Shown one piece after another: positions 18,527-26,153 of a stretch of DNA of 36,469 bases (the first letter of the stretch is position 1; each line of letters begins with the position of its first letter). The translations under genes and the position numbers were made by a program. The notes below the pieces were generated by a model. It saw only the letters and a program-made list of their open reading frames with translations, searched no databases and was not told the DNA's origin. Source of the DNA: an uncultured Methanosarcinales archaeon (GTDB lineage: Archaea; Nanobdellota; Nanobdellia; Woesearchaeales; JAGVZT01). The stretch lies in contig CAYQPU010000015.1 in assembly GCA_964419615.1 (NCBI GenBank), forward strand, positions 1 to 36,469, given 5' to 3'.

Positions 18527-18618
18527 CTCATACTCATAACCCAATGAAGAAAAATCAGTGGTTTTTACATATTGTGTTTTGAGTAAGATTTAAATACCGT
18601 ACATAATCACCAAATAGA

Positions 18619-19350
18619 ATGGCAACTGAAACTGTTGAGGCATTGGTTGAAGGTGGAAAAGCTTCTGCTGCACCACCACTAGGCCCAGCTCTTGGCCCAT
18701 TAGGTGTTAATATTGGAGAAATTGTTAATGCCATTAATGAGAAAACAGGAAGTTTCAAGGGTATGCAGGTGCCTGTAAAAGTTGAAGTTGACACAAGTAC
18801 TAAGGAGTTTACTATTAGTGTTGGTACTCCTCCTGCTTCTGAGCTTATAAAAAAAGAAGCTAATCTTACTAAAGGATCTGCTAATCCTAAAGAGGAGATG
18901 GTTGCTGATCTGAGAATTGAGCAGCTAATCAAAGTTGCAAAGATGAAGGAAGATGCTTTGCTCGGCAAGACTTTGAAAGACAAGATAAAGGAAGTTTTGG
19001 GTACTTGCAGATCAATGGGTATTTTAGTTGAAGGTAAGAAAGCTGGTGAGACTTTAATTGATGTAAATGAAGGTAAATTTGACAAACAGATTAAAGAAGA
19101 GAAAACTGAAATATCTCAAGAAGAACTAAAAGAACAAGAAGAAGAAAGAAAAAAGATGGCTAAAGAGATTGAAGAACAGCGAGCAAAATATCTGGGGATG
19201 GCTCAAAACATTTATGAAACTTATAAGAGTAAGACTGAGGGTATTATTAAAACAAAACTTACTGAAGCTGGAATTCCTAATAATATTATTGCTGAAGTGA
19301 TTAAAGCTGCTGGTGCAACTGAGGGTAAACCTGCAGAGGAACCTAAGTAA
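18619..19350 (+). CDS. rpl11: 50S ribosomal protein L11 with a roughly 80-aa C-terminal extension
   Basis: VEGGKASAAPPLGPALGPLG, KGMQVPVKV, GTPPAS and GTCRSMG; 243 aa versus about 160 aa for typical archaeal L11. Confidence 0.97.
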   Translation: MATETVEALVEGGKASAAPPLGPALGPLGVNIGEIVNAINEKTGSFKGMQVPVKVEVDTSTKEFTISVGTPPASELIKKEANLTKGSANPKEEMVADLRIEQLIKVAKMKEDALLGKTLKDKIKEVLGTCRSMGILVEGKKAGETLIDVNEGKFDKQIKEEKTEISQEELKEQEEERKKMAKEIEEQRAKYLGMAQNIYETYKSKTEGIIKTKLTEAGIPNNIIAEVIKAAGATEGKPAEEPK

Positions 19351-19418
19351 TTCTTTTTATAATTAACTATTTATAAGTAAATAAATTAGAAATGTATTTA
19401 TAGTTTTAGGTGTTTCCA

Positions 19419-19928
19419 ATGTATACAATGGATGCACAATATGAATTTTTATCACAAGGTTTGGAAGACGTTGAATTGGAGGCATTTAGAGATCATGTTT
19501 CTAGTCATGTTCTAGGTAATCTAGAAAATGGATATAATAATGTTAAAAAGCTTATGTCTTTTTATTTTGGTGATGAAGGGTCTAAGGACAAATTTAGACT
19601 GACTGAGGTTAGAGAACGTTTAGGTGAGACTAGACTATGTACAATCATAGATGGTTTAGTTGATCAATATTTTGTAGCTGAAGAACATTTTAGTAGAATG
19701 GAAGTAGTTTATAAAGAACTTAAGGAAATTAATAAGTTGGATAGAATCACAAAAAAACATGTTCAAAGTGCAGCACAAAGACTTAGTGATGACGGTGCAT
19801 ATCAAGATTTAACAAGCTTAGCAAATTTATTTGGAGATGATTATAGTAAAGCTATTAGAGAAGGTATGCAAGCAGGCCTTAAAAAAACGGGAACAGAAAA
19901 GGTTCCTGATATGAAACCTCAAGTTTGA
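19419..19928 (+). CDS. Hypothetical helical protein
   Basis: The ORF is open from GTG 19410. AGGTG at 19408-19412 better fits an SD for ATG 19419. Confidence 0.65.
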   Translation: MYTMDAQYEFLSQGLEDVELEAFRDHVSSHVLGNLENGYNNVKKLMSFYFGDEGSKDKFRLTEVRERLGETRLCTIIDGLVDQYFVAEEHFSRMEVVYKELKEINKLDRITKKHVQSAAQRLSDDGAYQDLTSLANLFGDDYSKAIREGMQAGLKKTGTEKVPDMKPQV

Positions 19929-19994
19929 GAACCTATTAACAAAAGGATTACTTTTTTACAAAGGTTTTTATAACTAGAATTTCCCCCAAGTATT

Positions 19995-20858
19995 ATGGTT
20001 TATTATGTTGGGGTTGATATTGGTGGCACTACTATTAAGGCAGGTTTAGTTTCTAATGGCAAGATTCTAAGCAAGGCTGTTGTTAAGACTCAAGCTAGGA
20101 AAGGTTCTCAAGTTGTTTTTAATAATATTGTTCATGCTATTGAAAGTGTTAACACTAAGAAGGTTAAAGGTATAGGTGTTGGTTGTCCTGGTCCATTAGA
20201 TTATGAAAAAGGGATTATTCTTCATACACCTAATCTTCCTTTTAGAGATTATAAGTTGAAAACTAAGCTTAAAAGAAAGTTTAAAACCAAAGTTAGTATT
20301 GATAATGATGCAAATTGTTTTGTGCTTGCTGAAACCCTACACGGAGCAGGTAAAGGATGTAATTCGGTTTTAGGTATTACTTTGGGTACAGGTGTTGGTG
20401 GAGGTATTGTTATTAATAAAGAATTATTTCATGGAAGACTAAGTGCAGGTGAGTTTGGTCACATGACTATTGATTATAATGGTGAATATAGCAAATGTGG
20501 TAATACTGGTTGTTTTGAGACCATGTGTTCTGCAAGAGCAATTTTAAGAATGACTGGACTTGGGGGATTGAAAGTTGAGTCACCAAAAGAAGTTTATGAT
20601 CTAGCTGTTAAGGGAAATCGAATTGCTAAAAAAGTTTTTGCTGAACTTGGGAAAAATATTGGTGTTGGTCTTACAAATTTAATTTATGCTTTTGATCCTG
20701 ATGTGATTGTTGTCGGTGGAGAAATTTCAGAATCATGGAGATTTTTTTCTAAGTCTATGAAAAAAGAGATTAAAGAAAGATGTTTGATTAAAGGTAATAG
20801 AGTTATTAAATCAAAGTTAAAATATCCAGGAATTATTGGTGCTGCTAATTTAATCTAA
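19995..20858 (+). CDS. ROK family sugar kinase (glucokinase-like)
   Basis: GVDIGGT, IDNDANC, TLGTGVGGG, GEFGH and the Zn motif C-G-N-T-G-C.E. Confidence 0.95.
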   Translation: MVYYVGVDIGGTTIKAGLVSNGKILSKAVVKTQARKGSQVVFNNIVHAIESVNTKKVKGIGVGCPGPLDYEKGIILHTPNLPFRDYKLKTKLKRKFKTKVSIDNDANCFVLAETLHGAGKGCNSVLGITLGTGVGGGIVINKELFHGRLSAGEFGHMTIDYNGEYSKCGNTGCFETMCSARAILRMTGLGGLKVESPKEVYDLAVKGNRIAKKVFAELGKNIGVGLTNLIYAFDPDVIVVGGEISESWRFFSKSMKKEIKERCLIKGNRVIKSKLKYPGIIGAANLI

Positions 20859-20978
20859 TTTTTTTAGAAGATCAAGATCAGAAAAACTTTCTTTTGCACA
20901 CTCTTCACAATAGTAATCACTTGTGTCCTTAATACCAAATTCAGCTTGGTCCTCACAAATTATACATCTCTTAGGCAT
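20850..20978 (-). CDS. 42-aa zinc-finger microprotein (not in the ORF track)
   Basis: Manual translation: MPKRCIICEDQAEFGIKDTSDYYCEECAKESFSDLDLLKKLD*, with CxxC-x16-CxxC. Confidence 0.75.
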   Translation of the reverse strand: MPKRCIICEDQAEFGIKDTSDYYCEECAKESFSDLDLLKKLD

Positions 20979-21082
20979 TAGACCATAAAATTGGTCTAAC
21001 TATTAATAAAAGTTTCTATTTTAATCACTTTTAAATAGAAGAAAACAAGGAATCTAATTAATAAAGAAAATAAAGGAAAAAT

Positions 21083-21790
21083 TTATTGCAATGCTTCTTC
21101 TATTGCTGCTGCAAACGCTTGATATGGTTGCGCACCAGATACTATTTTTCCATTGATTATGAATCCAGGTGTTCCTGTGATTCCTGCTGCTTGTCCTGCT
21201 CGCATGTCAGCTGCAACTTCTGCTGCCATTTCTCCTGAGTCAAGACATGAATTGAATTTATTTGTGTTCAGACCAATGTCATCTGCATATTGTTTGAATG
21301 ATGATACTCCTCCTTGCACTGCTTTTTCAAAAAGCATATCATGCATTTCCCAGTATTTATCTTGTTCACCTGCACATTCTGCAGCTTCTGCTGCTTTTTG
21401 TGCATTTGCATGAAAGTTTAATGGAAAGTCTCTAAATACAAGTTTTACTTTTCCTGTATCAATGTAATTTTTCTCAATTTGTGGTAATGTTTGTTCATAA
21501 AATCTTGCACAGAAAGGACATTCAAAATCACTCCATTCAACTATTGTAACAGGTGCATTTTTGTCTCCTTTGATTGTGTCATCATCAATAAGATCTACCA
21601 TGTTGAGTTCTGGTCCAGAATTGCCTGTGTTAGCAGCTGGCTTTGCAGCTGCAGGTTGTACTGTATCTTTTGAATTTCCTGTTCCAAAACCTCCTGTGAA
21701 AACTGAGATTAATAACAGAATTGCTAAGAATCCAGATGTTAATTTCCAAAATGTAGTTTTGCTAATCGTGATTGTTTCTTTTTTTGTCAT
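21083..21790 (-). CDS. Membrane-anchored DsbA/thioredoxin-fold protein
   Basis: N-terminal TM helix, EWSDFECPFC (CxxC), FRDFPL and cis-Pro GTPGF. Confidence 0.95.
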   Translation of the reverse strand: MTKKETITISKTTFWKLTSGFLAILLLISVFTGGFGTGNSKDTVQPAAAKPAANTGNSGPELNMVDLIDDDTIKGDKNAPVTIVEWSDFECPFCARFYEQTLPQIEKNYIDTGKVKLVFRDFPLNFHANAQKAAEAAECAGEQDKYWEMHDMLFEKAVQGGVSSFKQYADDIGLNTNKFNSCLDSGEMAAEVAADMRAGQAAGITGTPGFIINGKIVSGAQPYQAFAAAIEEALQ

Positions 21791-21914
21791 TATACCACCA
21801 AGAATAAGTTAGTTTTAATATTTTGATATAGATGATGTTTAAGAATAAGGATTGAGTTTATAAACAGATTATTTTTGAGATTTTTCAAACTAAGAAACCA
21901 TATTATTTTTTATT

Positions 21915-22379
21915 TTAGTTTAAGTCAGGATTAAATTTTTTTCTCCTTAATGGAGTTTGTATAAAAAAACAATCTTCAAAGGTCTTTATCAAGTTATTAT
22001 TATCATAGGGTATGCTTGCTCCAGGATGTAATGGAGGAGGTGACATAACTGTTGCCGAATCATAACCAAATTCAATTCTTGTGAAGGGTACAACTTCACC
22101 CATTATATCCAAAGCAGGACCACTTCTTTGTTGAATCATAATTCTCTGACGAGTATCTATCAAAGTTTCATCTTCACCTAGGATTGGCATAAAAATATAG
22201 TCTGTCCCAAATTCATAAGCTCCTTGAAAAGGACCTCTGCCCTGTAGATCTAGCAGTTCATTTTTTTCAGGATCATCTACTATTTCATATAGAGTCCAAC
22301 CATGTGATTCAATAATATTTCTTAATCTACCACTCGCAACAAAAATATCTTCTGAATGTTTATTTAATCCTTTGGCCAT
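21915..22379 (-). CDS. Hypothetical protein
   Basis: ORF with ATG at 22379 downstream of the TATA-like tttataaa; no recognised motif. Confidence 0.6.
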   Translation of the reverse strand: MAKGLNKHSEDIFVASGRLRNIIESHGWTLYEIVDDPEKNELLDLQGRGPFQGAYEFGTDYIFMPILGEDETLIDTRQRIMIQQRSGPALDIMGEVVPFTRIEFGYDSATVMSPPPLHPGASIPYDNNNLIKTFEDCFFIQTPLRRKKFNPDLN

Positions 22380-22488
22380 AGGTATAGAAAACAAGATAAG
22401 ATTTATAAACTTTTTGATTGATTTGTTACTTAAAAGTACTAATTAATTGTAATTTTCTTATTTTTGCTTCTCTTAGAATCAAAAAACA

Positions 22489-23628
22489 CTAATATTTTCT
22501 AACTTCAACATTTCTCAAAGCTGATTTTACTAATTCATCTTTATTCTCAATATTTTGTACCAATTCTTCAATTTCTTTTAAATCAGATTTTGTTATTGGA
22601 TGTTCTGCTATCATGTATGAACAACAGTCACCGTATGGTAGAATTGAATGTTGATAAGTTCCAATTTGTTCAGCGATTGTTACGATTTCTTGTTTGTTTA
22701 GACCAATTAAAGGTGCCAATACTGGAAGTTGTGATGCTGCATAGATTGCATTTAGGTTTTCTAGTGTTTGTGATGCTACTTGTCCAATGCTGTCTCCTGT
22801 TACTATTGCTTTTGCTTTTTCTTTAAATGCTATTTTGTGTGCAATGTACATCATGAATCTTCTGTAGATTATCATTCTGTATTTTGCTGGAATGTTCATG
22901 ATGATTTGTTTTTGAATTTCTTCAAAGTCAATTATGTATAACTTAAGAGAGAGTTGGATTTTAGATAATTCTTTGGCAAGTTGTTCTAGTTTTGTTAATA
23001 TTCCTGCTTTTGTTTGAGTGCTGTTAAAGAAGTGAACTGCTATTACTTGACAACCACGTTTCATTGCCATGAACGACGCAACTGGACTGTCAATTCCACC
23101 TGATAATAAACTGATTACTTTGCCTGCTGATGGAATTGGTAATCCTCCGATTCCTCTGTGTTTTTCTGTGTAAATGAATGTTTCTTTTTCTGTTATTTCA
23201 ATATAAAGTGTAAGATCCGGATTGGACAAATCAACTTTGTAACCCAATTTACAAATTTTTTCTCCAATCATACAGTTGATTTCTTGTGAACTTTGTTTGA
23301 ACTGCTTGTTTGATCTTTTTGTTTGAACACCAAATGTTTCAAAGTCTTTGTTTTTGATTATTTGTTTTGATTCTGTGATGATTTTGTTTAATTCAAGATC
23401 ACATTTTGTTGCACATGAAAAAGTTACAATTCCAGGTATTAATGACAATTGTTTGGAAATCCGTTCTGTGTTTGATTTATCAGATAGATCACACACAATT
23501 CGTCCATATCTTCGATAGACTTTTTTAAAGTCCAATTTAGATAAAGTCTGCATTAAAGCTTTTTCAAAAAATGGTCTATTCTTACCTTTTAGACCAATTT
23601 CTCCATAGTGTATTAATATACAATCCAT
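22489..23628 (-). CDS. thiI: tRNA 4-thiouridine synthase ThiI, short form without a rhodanese domain
   Basis: HYGEIGLKGKNR, THUMP domain, PP-loop SGGIDS, GDSIGQVASQT and DCC. Confidence 0.95.
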   Translation of the reverse strand: MDCILIHYGEIGLKGKNRPFFEKALMQTLSKLDFKKVYRRYGRIVCDLSDKSNTERISKQLSLIPGIVTFSCATKCDLELNKIITESKQIIKNKDFETFGVQTKRSNKQFKQSSQEINCMIGEKICKLGYKVDLSNPDLTLYIEITEKETFIYTEKHRGIGGLPIPSAGKVISLLSGGIDSPVASFMAMKRGCQVIAVHFFNSTQTKAGILTKLEQLAKELSKIQLSLKLYIIDFEEIQKQIIMNIPAKYRMIIYRRFMMYIAHKIAFKEKAKAIVTGDSIGQVASQTLENLNAIYAASQLPVLAPLIGLNKQEIVTIAEQIGTYQHSILPYGDCCSYMIAEHPITKSDLKEIEELVQNIENKDELVKSALRNVEVRKY

Positions 23629-23672
23629 ATTAAAGAGTAGTCTTGAGTGCTTTTTAAGGTTTGTTATATAGT

Positions 23673-24305
23673 TTATTCAACAGAAATAGTAATTTTATAT
23701 TTTCCCTGTTCAATTTCTTTACTTACAAACACCAATTTTCCAATTTCTTTGGTATTCTTCATTAGAAGACCTCCATCAGGAATTGCTGGATAATCACCAA
23801 CTTGAGTCCATCTGAATCCTTCTCGTTTTTTATCCCAATAACTATTTATTTCAAGACCATTTTCAATATCCTTATTTGCTTGCTCTATAGCCTTGTTAAT
23901 TATTTCATCTGAAATTTCTTCTTTGAACACCAAATATGCTTGTTTTCCTTTGACAGCACCAGCAACAGCCCTTTTCTTTAAATTTTTATCAAAGGGTCCT
24001 GCAAGTAGATGAAGTGCAGAATGTAATTTCATTGCCAATAACCTTTTGCTCCACTCCAATTCAAGTTTCACAGTGTCTCCTACTTGAAACGGAATTTGTT
24101 TGGGAATTATATGCCAAATATCCTTTTCATCTTTTTTTGAACCGGCAATTTTCATACCCTGAATTTTTCCATAATCTCCAGGTTCTGTATTAGTTTGTGG
24201 GATAAATATGGTTTTATCAAGCACAATTCTATTACCTTCAATTTTAACTACCTTTGATTCTATTTCTCTACAATACTGATCCTGATAGTAGATTAATTCT
24301 GTCAT
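23673..24305 (-). CDS. AlaX-like paralog with a degenerate editing site
   Basis: AlaX architecture with HSALH retained, but CGGTH is replaced by DGGLL and the Gly-rich loop by IPQTNTEP. Confidence 0.8.
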   Translation of the reverse strand: MTELIYYQDQYCREIESKVVKIEGNRIVLDKTIFIPQTNTEPGDYGKIQGMKIAGSKKDEKDIWHIIPKQIPFQVGDTVKLELEWSKRLLAMKLHSALHLLAGPFDKNLKKRAVAGAVKGKQAYLVFKEEISDEIINKAIEQANKDIENGLEINSYWDKKREGFRWTQVGDYPAIPDGGLLMKNTKEIGKLVFVSKEIEQGKYKITISVE

Positions 24306-24377
24306 AATTAGTTAATTGATTAGTTGTGTTTATAAATATTCCTCTAGATTACGATAGAATTGGAATGACCTTAAATA

Positions 24378-24530
24378 AGTCTCAGCAGGTAAATGCGAGA
24401 TCTTGCTCTCGCTCGCTAATAAACTGTTCGCTCGACAGTTTGCTAGTTTAATATGAGATTATGCAAACTGTTCCATATTGTCTCTTATGATCATATTAGT
24501 CTCACTCACTTATTGGCCAGGCTGAGACTA
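24378..24530. other. Highly structured intergenic element (candidate ncRNA or non-autonomous mobile element)
   Basis: Terminal inverted repeat agtctcagc/gctgagact plus five internal stem pairings of 6-9 bp. Confidence 0.55.
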
Positions 24531-24545
24531 GCTCTGTTTAAGAAT

Positions 24546-25397
24546 TTACAACAACAATAACCAATTACCCAACAACAATGTAGCAATATAAGCAATTAGA
24601 AAACTAGGTACAAATGGAATTCCTTCTTTTATGACTATATTTTGGATTTTACCTTTTTGTTTTAGCTTGATTAATTGAGCTATTTGTTTTTTCTCAATTC
24701 CCAAATCTTTAGGGCCACATATTCTTTTATTGTCAACCATTACATCTTTTACTATCCAGTCTCCTTCGGTAAGTTTTTCAATTGGAATTTTTTTTATCAT
24801 TATTGCTTTTTCAATGGATCTTACAAATATCCACAGATACATTGTAAGGATTGTTATCAATGACAAGATCATGAGAGTGAATTTCATGATCCTGACAGAA
24901 AAGAAAGAGATTATTAAAAGCAATATTGAAAATGCTAATGATATGTAAAGATGTTTTGCATATCTTTTTCTTTTTTTAACATATTCTTTTATAAATTTCT
25001 TTCTATGTTTGAAAGCTAGAATCATGCTGTAAACCATACCATATGTAGCTCCCGCAAATAGTGTGTTTAACCAGAATACAAGTATGAGAGGGACTATTGT
25101 AAAATCCGGTTTTAAACCAATTAAAACACCAATGCCCATTAATAATTTGGAATCTCCTCCTCCCCATTGACCTGTTCGATACATTAAATGTCCAACAATA
25201 AAGAATGCTAGGAATCCAAGTGAGCCAGCAACAATGCTGTCCCAAGATCTGGTTGTTAATGAATAAAGGGCTCTAATTCCAAAACCAAGAAATATTGTTG
25301 AAAAGCTTAGCCAGTCTGGAACTTCTCTTGTTTTCAAGTCTGACAATGATGCAATCAAAAGAGATATTAATGCAACTATAATTAAAATATCTAACAT
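24546..25397 (-). CDS. A24 family prepilin/preflagellin peptidase
   Basis: SDLKTREVPD (first catalytic Asp), GGGDSKL (GxGD) and C-terminal GIPFVPSFL; multiple TM helices. Confidence 0.92.
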   Translation of the reverse strand: MLDILIIVALISLLIASLSDLKTREVPDWLSFSTIFLGFGIRALYSLTTRSWDSIVAGSLGFLAFFIVGHLMYRTGQWGGGDSKLLMGIGVLIGLKPDFTIVPLILVFWLNTLFAGATYGMVYSMILAFKHRKKFIKEYVKKRKRYAKHLYISLAFSILLLIISFFSVRIMKFTLMILSLITILTMYLWIFVRSIEKAIMIKKIPIEKLTEGDWIVKDVMVDNKRICGPKDLGIEKKQIAQLIKLKQKGKIQNIVIKEGIPFVPSFLIAYIATLLLGNWLLLL

Positions 25398-25462
25398 AAA
25401 TCAGTAAAAAAAGAGGAAAGTTTATAAATATTCTTTTCACCACTATAAAAAGGGGATGCAAA

Positions 25463-26137
25463 ATGAAACCTAAACATGTTGCAATTTCCTTTGAAAAAGA
25501 TATTTTTCTTTGGGCTGAACGCAATAACAAAAACCCGACAGAAGTTTTGGGGAACAGAATTGAGATAGTACAACAAATAATTCAAGAGCAGATTGATCAG
25601 AATATACCAATTATTTCAATATTCTTGCTTAAATCTATGGATGAACCAGAGAATTTCAGTTTAATTATTGATTCTCTTGTTGAGCTTTTTTCAAACTTAG
25701 TAAAAAACGAAATAATTTCTGACAATCAGATCAAAGTGTCAGTTATTGGTAAATGGTACAATCTTCCTAGCAGAATTGTTGACATTATTAAGTGTGCAAT
25801 TGACCAAACAAAAAGCTATGATAAATTCTTTTTAAATTTCTGTGTTAATTATGATGGCCAAGAGGAGATACTTGATGCCTGCAAACTAATTGCCAAAAAA
25901 GTTCAAGCTGGAAAACTGGATCCTGATTCAATTAACAAATCAATGATAAAAGAGGATATTTATACTTCTTATTTTATTGCTCCAGACTTAGCTATAATAA
26001 ATGGAAATAAAAAAATAAATGGTCTTTTGCAATGGGATATTTCAGATACAATGATTTATTTTACCAATAAACACTGGCCTGATTTTTCTACTAGAGATTT
26101 TAAAAAGGCCCTTGACCTTTTTAATCTCATTGCCTAA
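25463..26137 (+). CDS. cis-prenyltransferase (UppS-fold) homolog lacking catalytic motifs
   Basis: PKHVAI, IKVSVIGK...LP, LNFCVNYDGQEEI.DA, PDL, LQW and WPDF scaffold motifs are present; DGNxR is absent. Confidence 0.85.
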   Translation: MKPKHVAISFEKDIFLWAERNNKNPTEVLGNRIEIVQQIIQEQIDQNIPIISIFLLKSMDEPENFSLIIDSLVELFSNLVKNEIISDNQIKVSVIGKWYNLPSRIVDIIKCAIDQTKSYDKFFLNFCVNYDGQEEILDACKLIAKKVQAGKLDPDSINKSMIKEDIYTSYFIAPDLAIINGNKKINGLLQWDISDTMIYFTNKHWPDFSTRDFKKALDLFNLIA

Positions 26138-26153
26138 AACCACTTCTTTTAGT

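Noticed and set aside
24340-24545. tRNA, SRP RNA, RNase P RNA or hammerhead ribozyme
   Set aside because: No T-loop GTTCRA, no SRP helix-8 motif, no GAGGAAAGTCC and no CTGANGA/GAAA core on either strand.
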